Shown: positions 53,177 to 62,084 of the stretch, piece after piece
Layout of the letters: every line of letters begins with the position of its first letter
Numbering within the stretch: the stretch's first letter is position 1
NCBI GenBank assembly: GCA_963719495.1
Contig: CAVRCI010000014.1
Span: 64,001-128,000, forward strand
DNA: 64,000 nt
Direction: 5' to 3'
Origin: an uncultured Verrucomicrobiae bacterium
GTDB lineage: Bacteria; Verrucomicrobiota; Verrucomicrobiia; Chthoniobacterales; JAATET01
Made by a program: the position numbers and the translations under genes
The notes under the pieces: model-generated
The model's database searches: none
The model's input: the letters and a program-made list of their open reading frames with translations, nothing else
What the model was told of the DNA's origin: nothing

Positions 53177-55984
53177 TTAGCCGGTGGTTCTTAGGCCGCT
53201 GGCTATGGCGTTGATGCTTAGGAGGACCCTCGGGAGGATTTCGTTGGCGGACTCGCCTTCGGCGTTGCGCCACTCTTTTAGCAATTCGATTTGGCGGCGA
53301 TGGAGGACCAGGAGGGCGTCGGCTCGTAGCTCCAACGTTTTGATCATCCTCGGGCGGCGCTTTTCGACGGCTCCCTGGAAGATTTCGTCGAGCATCTTCT
53401 TGGTTAAGTCGAACTCGGCTTGGATTCTGCCCAGGAAGTGGTCTCTGATTTTTTCGTCGGGGACGAGGGCGGCGTATTCGGTCATGATGGCCGGGTCGGC
53501 GCTGGCTACGTTGGTTTCGACGTTGGTTAGGACGTAGTAAAGGACGGGGCGGCTGCGGATGTCTTCGCGGACTTTGGCGAAGAGGTCGGGCTTTTCGTTG
53601 GCGAGGGCTTGGAGGCCGGAGCCGACTCCGAACCAGCCGGGGAGGTAGGTGCGGCTTTGGTTCCAACTGAAGACCCAGGGGATGGCTCGGAGGTCGGCGA
53701 GGGATCTTTTTCCCGTGCGGCGGGCGGGGCGGGAGCCGATGCGGGTGTTTTCCAACGCGTCGATGGGGGTGGCGTGACTGTAGAAGTCGATGAAGCCTTC
53801 GGCGTGGATGAAGTCCTGATAGGTCTTGGTGCTGGCTCGGTCGAGGATGGTCCAGATGGCGTCGACCTCGGGACGGGGGGGGATTTTTCCGCCGGCTTGT
53901 TCCAAGGAGACGGCGGTGACTCCGCCGACGAGGAGTTCGAGATTGTGGGCGGCGATGGGGACGGTGCCGTATTTTTGGGCGATGGTCTCGCCTTGCTCGG
54001 TGAGGCGGAAGTCGGCCTGGATGGTGCCGTCGGGGAGGGCGTCGAGGAAGCGGTGGGTCGGGCCGGCGCCGCGGCTGATGGTGCCGCCGCGGCCGTGGAA
54101 GAAGCGGATCTGCACGCCGCTGTCGTCGCCGGCGGCGGTGAGTTCGCGCTGGGCGCGGTAGAGGGTCCACTGGCTGGCGAGGATGCCGCAGTCTTTGTTG
54201 GAGTCGGAGTATCCGATCATGACCTGCTGGACGGGGCGGGTGGCGGTGCGGCTCTGGGTGCGGTGGTGCTCGATGGAGGCCTTGGTCACGGGGTGTGCGA
54301 GGAAGGCGCGCATGAGGTCGGGGCTGCGTCGGAGGTCGTCCTGGGTCTCGAAGAGGGGGACGACGGGGAATTCGCAGACGAGGGTGCCGTCGATCCATTG
54401 GGTGAGGCCGGCTTCGCGGGCGAGGACGTAGACGACGAGGAGGTCGGAGAGGGATCGGGTCATCGAGATGATGAGGGAGCCGATGCCCTTGGGGCCGTAG
54501 TCGCGGAGGTGGCAGCGGAGGGTGCCGTAGCAGGCGAGGACGGCGTCGGCTTCGGTGCCGATGCCGGTGTCGCCGTAGAGGAACGGGCGGGGAGATTGCA
54601 GTTCGGCGGTGAGGAATTCGAGGCGTTGGTCTTCGGTCCAGTCGGCAAAGTCGGTGCCGGGGAGGTCGGCGGCGGCGAGGATCTGGCCGAGGGCTTTGTC
54701 GTGGAACGTGCTGTTTTGGCGGACGTCGAGGGCGGCGAGGTGGAATCCGAAGACGTCGACGGCGCGGCGGACGGGCCAGACGGAGGCGGCGTCGAGGCGG
54801 TGGGCTCCGATGGCGGTGAGCGAGTCGTGGAGGAGGGTGAGGTCGCCGTCGAGCTCGTGGGCGTGGCGGTAGGCGTGGGGGGCGTCGAGGAGCTCGGCAT
54901 TGGTGTCGCGGTGGTCCGCGAGGGGGAGGCGGGCGCGGAGGAGGTGGACGAATTGCCGCCAGGGTTCGTCGGGTTGCTGGGTGGCGATGACGTCGGCGCG
55001 GGGGCCGAGGAGGGTGGTGTATTCGTCGATGCGGGCGGTGAGGTTGGCGCTCGGGGCCTGGACGCTGCTGGAGAGGGGGAGGGCGTCGGCGAGGTCGCGG
55101 AGGTCCTGATCGAGGACGACGAGGGCGTTGCGGCGGAGTTCCTGGAGGGTCTCGCGGGTGACGTCGGCGGTGACGAGGGCGTGGCCGTCGCGGTCGCCGC
55201 CGACCCAGGTGCCGAAGCGGAGGCGGGGCCAGGTGTGGGGATTGGCGAGGAGCTGGCGATCGAAGCCGGCGGCGTCCCAGGCGTCGATGAGGCGTTGGTC
55301 GACGACGGGGAGGGAGCGGGGGAAGACTTCGCGGAGGTGGAAGAGGATGCCGGTGCGTTCGGCGGCGATCTGGGGTTTATCGAGGAGGATTTCGCCGGAG
55401 CGCCAGAGGCGTTCGAGCGCGACTTCGAGGGTCTCGTGGAGTCGGGCTCGCTCGGACTTGGACAGGGCGGCGTTGTCGATTTTTTCCAGGAGGCCGTGGA
55501 GGACGCGGTGCTGGGCGAGGACGGCGGGGCGCTTGGATTCGGTGGGGTGCGCGGTGAGGACGGGCTCGACGCGGACGTGGGGGAGGAACTCGGCGATGGC
55601 TTCGCCGGTGAAGCCGCCTTCCTTGAGGCGGGCCAGGTAGTAGGGCCAGGTGCCGCGGTTGCGGGCGGCGTCGTCGCTCTGCTCGCGGAGGCGGCGGGTG
55701 CGGCCGGCGGCGTTTTCCTCGACCATGTTGAGGAGCTGGAAGGCGATGGAGTAGGCCTGCTCGGTGGCGGTGGATGGGTCGAGGGTCGAGGGTCGAGGGT
55801 CGAGGGCTGGTGAGTCGCCGGTGCGCCAGGGGAGGGCGGCGGCGGTGTCGGGTTCGCCGAGGTCGACGAGGATGCCGCGGAGGCTGTCGATGAGCGTCCG
55901 GATGTCGGCGTCGATGCGGGCAATGCCCGTGGCGATGTAGTCGGATGTCGTGGTCTGAGTGGTTGGCGCCTCCTTGGTCTGCAT
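53177..55984 (-). CDS. ppc: Phosphoenolpyruvate carboxylase
   Basis: VLTAHPTE, WVGGDRDG, VVPLFET, QQVMIGYSDSNKD, FFHGRGGTISRG, LRAIPWVFSW.Q.R, GLRTTG C-terminus. Confidence 0.97.
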   Translation of the reverse strand: MQTKEAPTTQTTTSDYIATGIARIDADIRTLIDSLRGILVDLGEPDTAAALPWRTGDSPALDPRPSTLDPSTATEQAYSIAFQLLNMVEENAAGRTRRLREQSDDAARNRGTWPYYLARLKEGGFTGEAIAEFLPHVRVEPVLTAHPTESKRPAVLAQHRVLHGLLEKIDNAALSKSERARLHETLEVALERLWRSGEILLDKPQIAAERTGILFHLREVFPRSLPVVDQRLIDAWDAAGFDRQLLANPHTWPRLRFGTWVGGDRDGHALVTADVTRETLQELRRNALVVLDQDLRDLADALPLSSSVQAPSANLTARIDEYTTLLGPRADVIATQQPDEPWRQFVHLLRARLPLADHRDTNAELLDAPHAYRHAHELDGDLTLLHDSLTAIGAHRLDAASVWPVRRAVDVFGFHLAALDVRQNSTFHDKALGQILAAADLPGTDFADWTEDQRLEFLTAELQSPRPFLYGDTGIGTEADAVLACYGTLRCHLRDYGPKGIGSLIISMTRSLSDLLVVYVLAREAGLTQWIDGTLVCEFPVVPLFETQDDLRRSPDLMRAFLAHPVTKASIEHHRTQSRTATRPVQQVMIGYSDSNKDCGILASQWTLYRAQRELTAAGDDSGVQIRFFHGRGGTISRGAGPTHRFLDALPDGTIQADFRLTEQGETIAQKYGTVPIAAHNLELLVGGVTAVSLEQAGGKIPPRPEVDAIWTILDRASTKTYQDFIHAEGFIDFYSHATPIDALENTRIGSRPARRTGKRSLADLRAIPWVFSWNQSRTYLPGWFGVGSGLQALANEKPDLFAKVREDIRSRPVLYYVLTNVETNVASADPAIMTEYAALVPDEKIRDHFLGRIQAEFDLTKKMLDEIFQGAVEKRRPRMIKTLELRADALLVLHRRQIELLKEWRNAEGESANEILPRVLLSINAIASGLRTTG

Positions 55985-56118
55985 TTTTCAGACGGTAATT
56001 AGAAATTTGAAATGGGGAATGAGAAATGGGGCGTCTTGCGGGAGAGGATTTCTTTGGCCGCGAAAAGGCGCAGAAGGCACAAAGAGGAAGGATGCGGATT
56101 GGCCTGAATCCTGAAGGG

Positions 56119-56237
56119 GACAGGATTTACAGGATGGACAGGATTTGTTTCAGCTTCTGATTCGGAAGGGGCCTTCCTGAAATCGGTGGGAGATTCATTT
56201 CAGCTCAGGCCATCCTGTAAATCTTGTTAATCATGTC
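56119..56237. repeat. Inverted 9-mer-type repeat (acaggattt / aaatcttgt arms)
   Basis: gacaggatttacaggatggacaggattt ... catcctgtaaatcttgttaatcatgtc. Confidence 0.6.
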
Positions 56238-56252
56238 TGAACTTTCCGAGAT

Positions 56253-57677
56253 TTACCTCGCCTCGATTTGGTCGGCGAGGTCTTCGGCTGGGTAGGTCCA
56301 GATTTCGCTTAAAGTTGGGTGGTAGTGGGGGATGGCGGCGAGTTGGGCGGCGGTGGAGTGGAAGGCCATGGCGACGACGATCTCGTGGATGAGGTCGGTG
56401 GCGTGGGGGCCAACGCAGGCTCCTCCTAGAATTTCGCCGGTCTGGGGGTCGGCGATGAGCTTCACCATTCCGTGAAGCTCGCCCATGACCATGCTTTTCC
56501 CGTGGTCGTCGAAGGGGTAGCTGGCGGTGAGGATGGGGATGTTTTTTTGTTTAGCCTGGGTCTCGGTGAGGCCGACGGCGGCGACCTGGGGCTCGGTGAA
56601 GACCCCGAAGAGGGCGAGGCGGTAGTCCATTTTCTCGAAGGTGTCGGCGGGTTCGTCGCGGAGGAGGCGGCCGGCGTTGCGGGCGGCGATTTCGCCCTGG
56701 GTGACGGCGAGGTGGACGATTTCGAACGGGCCGCAAACGTCTCCGGCGGCGAAGATGTGGTCGGCGCTGACGCTTTGCATCGTGGGGTGGACGGCGACTT
56801 TACCGTGATCGGCGTCGACATTGGCGGCGGAGAGGTCAAGTGGTTCGGCGTTGGGTTTGCGACCGAGGCCGTTGAGGATGGCGGCGGTTTCGATCGTGGA
56901 GGTGGCTCCGTCCTTTTCGAAATGGACGCGGTAGCCAGTGGCGGTGGGTTCGATGCGGGTAACTTGGGCGCCGAGGTGGACGGTCATCCCGCGCTCCCGG
57001 TAGGCGTCGGTGACGGGGCCCGCGACCTCTGGGTCGAACCAACTGAGGACCTGGTCGCTGCGCTGAATGATGGTGACGGTGGTGCCGAGGGCGTGGAGGT
57101 AGTGGGCGAGCTCGAGAGCAACGGGGCCGCCGCCGAGGACGGTGATGGTGGGTGGAAGCTCGGTGAGGTCGAGGATGTCGTCGCTGGTGAGGATGCCGGG
57201 ATGATCAAGGCCGGGGATCGGAATGGTCTTGATGACCGAGCCGGTCGCGATGAGGAAGGCGCGGGCGGTGATCCGGCGGGTGGTGCCATCGGCGTGGTTG
57301 GTGAGTTCGAGCGTGTGGGGGTCGACGAAGGTGGCGCGGGCGCGGATGAACGCGAAGTCGCCGGTCTCGAGTTGGTCGCGGCGGTAGTCGGCGAACTCGG
57401 TGATGAGCCGGCGCTTGCGGGCGACGATGGCGGCAGGGTCGGCGGAGAAATTCTCGGCGTGGAGACCGAACTCGGCGGCGTCTTTGATCACGTTGGCGCG
57501 GTTGGCGGATTCGAGGAGGGTCTTGCTGGGCATGCAGCCGCGGAGGATGCAGAGGCCGGCGACCTCGTCACCGCCTTCGATGACGGCGGTGCGGAGTCCG
57601 GCGGAAGTGGCGGTGCGGGCGGCGGCGTATCCGGCGCTGCCGCCTCCGATGATGGCGTAGTCGTAGTCGTAGTTCAT
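56253..57677 (-). CDS. Class I pyridine nucleotide-disulfide oxidoreductase (dihydrolipoamide dehydrogenase family)
   Basis: IIGGGSAG, CILRGCMPSK redox disulfide, AAGDV, FTEPQ, HYHPTLSE. Confidence 0.9.
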   Translation of the reverse strand: MNYDYDYAIIGGGSAGYAAARTATSAGLRTAVIEGGDEVAGLCILRGCMPSKTLLESANRANVIKDAAEFGLHAENFSADPAAIVARKRRLITEFADYRRDQLETGDFAFIRARATFVDPHTLELTNHADGTTRRITARAFLIATGSVIKTIPIPGLDHPGILTSDDILDLTELPPTITVLGGGPVALELAHYLHALGTTVTIIQRSDQVLSWFDPEVAGPVTDAYRERGMTVHLGAQVTRIEPTATGYRVHFEKDGATSTIETAAILNGLGRKPNAEPLDLSAANVDADHGKVAVHPTMQSVSADHIFAAGDVCGPFEIVHLAVTQGEIAARNAGRLLRDEPADTFEKMDYRLALFGVFTEPQVAAVGLTETQAKQKNIPILTASYPFDDHGKSMVMGELHGMVKLIADPQTGEILGGACVGPHATDLIHEIVVAMAFHSTAAQLAAIPHYHPTLSEIWTYPAEDLADQIEAR

Positions 57678-57779
57678 GGGAATGAATGCTGAGGCTTTGT
57701 CCGCAGATTAGACAGAGTGACGCGGATTTTATTTCAATCCAGGAAGTATAGATCTGCGAAATTTGGCGACCATTGCCGT

Positions 57780-58357
57780 CCGGAGAAGGAGGATTGCAAG
57801 AAATACGACGGTAAAGAATGGCCGCCACCAGCAACGGAGGCAGATGTGTCAAGTCGAAAGTCTCATTAGCCAAGTCGAAAAATCAGCCATCCGGCGCGGC
57901 GTGCCGAACGGAGTGGCCGTTTCGAAGACAATTCCCACCATTTTCCCGTCAGCGTCGAAAGCTCCCGCATCGGTGCGCGCCGCTTTGTATTCGCCGCACT
58001 GGCGCTCGTCTTTCTCACTGTATCGCAACAGGTCACGATGCATCTGTTTCAGATCGTTCTCGGTGACGGGAATGTCTCATCTCGCCATGCCTGAAACACG
58101 GTTTCCATGATTAGGCATAGCCCGCGACTTCCTACTCGTCGCGGGTCTCGGAATTGCAGATCTCCAGTTTGCCCAAATGCCGCTTAACCTCGCGGTCGCT
58201 CGGCTTGCTGTCTTCGATGCGGGTCGAAGATCCAATGCTCTCGATGGTCGCCACTCGGCGTAGCGCGCCCAAGGCGCGCCAAGCCCTTGAACTCGTCGAC
58301 TTCAGACGGCATCGCCAATAATTCGGGCGTGATCTGGCCGGTGTCCGTTCGAATCAT
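57780..58357 (-). pseudogene. Degraded Fic-family gene (N-terminal part; left boundary approximate)
   Basis: Fragments across frames: MIRTDT..ITPELL...EVDEFKG, ATIESIGSSTRIE, HRDLLRYSEKDE..GEYK, IVFETATPF.TPRRM. Confidence 0.7.
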
Positions 58358-58583
58358 ACCTGATGAAATACCGGAGTATACCGAAGTATTTACCTGACTG
58401 ATTGCCGGATTATGCCGGATAGCTCCTTCTCCATCGACACCCTCGGGCGCTGCTCCCGGAGTTGCGGAACGACGGTGAGGTGAAGCCGTTGGCCTCGACA
58501 CCAGCAGGGATATGCTTATGGGGCATCGCCCTCTGGGCAAAGCGGCCTCAGTGAGACCAGCTAAACAGAACCCGCCGGAGTCC

Positions 58584-59027
58584 CTACGACGAAGCGGCGT
58601 TAATGACGTTCATCTCCTGCAATCCGAAGTATGACGCAGCGGCGAGAAAGTGACGATCGTTGGAAAAGACTTCGTTGAAGCCATGCTCGGCGGCACAGGC
58701 GAGATGCAGGGCGTCGGCGGCACGGAGAAAGGTGGTGGCAGGTGCCGCGGCGAGAATGGCATCGAGACGGCTCAAAGTTGGTTCCGTGACAGGCAGCCAA
58801 GTGAACAAGGAGGCCGATTGGTCACTGGAAAACTGGCTGCGTTGGGCCTGGTAGGCCTCCTTGTCCAGTCGGCCCTCACGGAAGGCACGGTGAAAGGTGC
58901 AGAGAAGCTCCGCTTGTGCATGCCAGGAAGCGGCAATAGGCGCAGTTTCCGCGAGGCTCCGAACCGCAGCGGAACCGTTTTCGTCCAGGTAAAGCCGGAC
59001 GAGATAGGTGGTGTCGAAAAAGATCAT
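58584..59027 (-). CDS. PIN-domain toxin (VapC family)
   Basis: MIFFDTTYLV..Y..E, LRAADALHLA.A, F.NDR. Confidence 0.88.
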   Translation of the reverse strand: MIFFDTTYLVRLYLDENGSAAVRSLAETAPIAASWHAQAELLCTFHRAFREGRLDKEAYQAQRSQFSSDQSASLFTWLPVTEPTLSRLDAILAAAPATTFLRAADALHLACAAEHGFNEVFSNDRHFLAAASYFGLQEMNVINAASS

Positions 59028-59302
59028 AACGGACAATCCGCCCGATCTTCCGAAATGAGATCCGTGATATCGCGATCTCCGGGCCTGGGGCGAAAGGCAC
59101 CTGCGGCCTGGAGTCTGGCAAACTCGGGCAGAACCTTGCGATTCGCCCACGGGCCGGTGCCGGCCAACCCAGTGCCCGCCGCCGGATTCAGCTCTTTTTC
59201 CAAAGAAGTCAGGACGAGTTGCCTGAGCGTTTGGTGACGTTCTATGGAACGGATTTTTGCCTTCTTGTAGAGGGACTCCGGAATGTCGATGGTCGTTTTT
59301 AT
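59024..59302 (-). CDS. RHH-type antitoxin (VapB-like); apparent start codon ATA
   Basis: Manual translation (I/M)KTTIDIPESLYKKAKIRSIERHQTLRQLV...; stop overlaps the toxin ATG (ATGA). Confidence 0.75.
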   Translation of the reverse strand: MKTTIDIPESLYKKAKIRSIERHQTLRQLVLTSLEKELNPAAGTGLAGTGPWANRKVLPEFARLQAAGAFRPRPGDRDITDLISEDRADCPL

Positions 59303-59568
59303 GGCGCAACCATACGGAAAAACAGTTTGCCGTCAATCCGTCTCTTTGCGCATGATTTAGGCTAAGCCACTTCGTGTTGTCAGTCATCGCCCCGCCCAAC
59401 GCTTCCTCTCTGCATGGGAATCGAGAAGCCAGCAGCCTGTCGGACTGACCCGAATGGCGCTGCTTTGAGCGGGAGTTCGGGAAGCAAGATGGAGGGATGT
59501 CCGACGGATGGGCTTGAGCCCAAACTGACGTGTCTGGTGTCACTGGGCAACGGCGCGCGTCGTGCAAG

Positions 59569-59780
59569 AAGTCAGAGATTGCCTTTTTAGAAGAGCTTTG
59601 AAGTGAAGGCTGTCTCGCTGCGCTCGATTCTTCATTGCATTCAGGATGACAGGCTTGAACGACGGCGTTGCTTCGAAACGAGAATGAACCGTGGTGCCCT
59701 TATGTCATTCTGAGGTCATCCGAAGAGCGATCGACCGCCTTTCACTTCTTTACTGTTCATCAAAAGGCAATCTCTGACTT
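59569..59780. repeat. About 210-bp imperfect palindrome (MITE-like)
   Basis: aagtcagagattgcctttt / aaaaggcaatctctgactt outer arms; inner caggatgaca / tgtcattctg arms. Confidence 0.65.
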
Positions 59781-59880
59781 TTCAGGACGAGAACGGCCGA
59801 AAACCCCCTTAAAGCAGCGCCATTCCGCCCCGACACCAAATTCACTCTGTCCCGCCCCCCTCCGCAAACGCCACGGCAAA

Positions 59881-60624
59881 CTAATCCCCCGCGCCTCCGA
59901 GCGAACGTCCCGCCGCCTCGAAAACCGCACCGCAATTCACTCCCGCCAGCGCCGCAAATTCCCACCCTGCCAACACCCCGCCAGCGTTCCGCGCCGCCCG
60001 GGCCAACCCCGTTGCCTGAGCGGTCAGGTGGCCCCGCCGCTCGTCGGACGCCACCCCCGCGCTCAGCCCGATCCCCACTCCCGGCACCGCCCGCCGCAAC
60101 CCCGTCGCGCCCGCCACCGCCGCCGCCGCAGTCCCGAAAAATACGCGCAAATCCGCGTCCAACTCCACCACGTCGCTCCCGCCCGCCACCGCCGACTCCA
60201 CGGCCTCGCTCCACTCGACACCCGACGCGTGAACGCAAAACCGCGCCATCGTCCGCACCGCACCGCCTTCATTTCCCGTCAGCGAACGCCCGGCCTCGTC
60301 GTCCCTCGGATTCAGCGCCCACATCGGCACCCCGGCCGCCGCCGCCCGCGCCACCAGGTCCGCCGTTCCCCCGGCCCCATCGCCGATCCGCCCGTCCCAC
60401 ACCGCCGCCAAGACCACGTCACCGCCCCATTCCCGTGCCCGTCGCAAGGCCGTTCCCAGAATGATCTCGTTGCCAAATCCCCACAGCGCCCCGCACGCCG
60501 CCTCCTCCCGTTGCGGCGATTCCCACACCGTTACAGCCGCCTCGCACGCTGCGTCGAATCGCTCCCGCCAATCCTCCCCGACACTCACCGCGGCGTAGCG
60601 CTCCCGCTCCATCGGCAGCACCAA
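59881..60624 (-). pseudogene. Fragment of a SLOG-like/cyclase-associated domain gene
   Basis: VLP..RE.Y...SV..DW..RFD and LAAVWDG..GDG.GGTAD.V motifs; no proper N-terminus, abuts the DUF4062 fragment. Confidence 0.45.
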
Positions 60625-61174
60625 CGTCGTGTCGACACCACCAGCGTCAGCCGCCGCCGCGCCCGTTCCTTGGCCAGTTCCTTCCGCAGCGACTCGACGC
60701 TAAGCTGCAGCTCCCGCGTCCGCGAATTCAGATCCTCCCGCGAATCGAACTCGGAATACAGCTCGTCCCGCTCCAGCCGCCGCCCCCGGTGCGCCAATTG
60801 CAGCGCCCGCTTGTCCTCCGGCTCCGGCTCGTGCTCGTCGAACGGATAACCCTTCCCGCACAAAAACACGTAGCACGGCAACCCCATCTCCACCGCGATC
60901 TCGTATTCCATCTGCGTGAAACTCCGCCGCTCCGGCGAGCCCTCCAGCACCGGCTGCGGCTCCGCCCCGTAGAAAAACCCCGCCAGATGCACCACCGCGT
61001 TAAAGATCTCCCGCTTCGTCCGCAGCATCTCCCGCACGCTTTTGTAATCCGGCGGGAAATCGTCCGCACGATCGGCAGACATTCCATCCGTCTGAGTCCC
61101 TCACTCACCAGCGTCCGAGCGGTCCGAAGATCCCGACGCGTCGCACTCACAAAAATCCTTGGCACCGGTTGCAT
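60585..61174 (-). pseudogene. DUF4062-domain gene, frameshifted and truncated
   Basis: RIFVSAT.RDL...R in one frame; FPPDY, VVHLAG..YG.EP and SFTQMEY..A..G.P in another (shift near 61070). Confidence 0.7.
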
Positions 61175-61318
61175 CGGGGCACCCGAGGGAAAACCCAATG
61201 CCCGGCAACAATTCTGACCCTTGCAATCTGCTTGCACGGTCAGTCGACGCCGATTTTGTCGTAAATCGGCTGCGACCGCGTGATCGAATTCTCCACCCCC
61301 GCGGAGCCCTTCAACCGC

Positions 61319-61762
61319 TCAGCCGCCATCGCGCCAGCCTGCCGACTCGCCGCGGCTCATCCGCCCCCCCGGCAGCCCCTCGCTCACCGACATCCGGGCC
61401 GTCCGCGGGTCCCGACTCGTCGCACTCACAAAGATCCTTGGCACTGCCAGCTCGGATTTGCATGGACCCAGCTGACACAGGTCCTTGGGATTCTCCCGGA
61501 GGGCGAGGTATCGGGGATGACGCAGGATGTATTCGACGTGGCCGAAGCACTGTTGAAGCGGGATGACGTCGAGGCCCAGCTTTTCACAATGCCGGAGGAA
61601 CGCGGTGATTTCCTCGTCGGTGTAAGCGAACCGATTCGGGATGATCGGATGCACGCGGATGGGAAACGTGCCTTCCCACTCGATCAAGAGCGTGTTCAAA
61701 CCCGCCGTAGCCGCTTGATCCGCGCGTTTCAGCAGCGATCGGATCTGCGGACAACAGCTCAC
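61319..61762 (-). pseudogene. GH20 (HEXDC-like) fragment fused to a second copy of the DUF4062 N-terminus
   Basis: NTLLIEWEGTFP, AYT.EEI, VIPLQQCFGHVEYILRH, then VPRIFVSATSRD. Confidence 0.7.
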
Positions 61763-62084
61763 TGAGACTGAATTGGAGTCAGGATTCGGAAGTAGGGGTT
61801 GGTGTGGACGAGGGTGAAATCGGGGAGCGAGTTTGGTCGTTGGAAGAGGGGGGTGGCCAGGACGTTGGGCGTTGGGGTTTCGCCGAGGAGGACGCTGAAG
61901 GTCGAGATGAGGCGGTCGGGTTCGTAGGCGATGACGTAGCGGACCTCGCGGTGCTGCAAATCAGACGGACCCGGTCGTCGACGGCGCACGGCGCAATTCC
62001 TTTCAGAAGGGATCGGATCCGAGAGATGAGTTTTCATGCTGAAGGGTTCAGTGCAGCGGTCGTTCGAGATTGGCTCGGAAGAGG

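Noticed and set aside
56253..57677. Mercuric reductase merA
   Set aside because: Lacks the C-terminal Cys-Cys pair and N-terminal HMA domain; no mer genes nearby.
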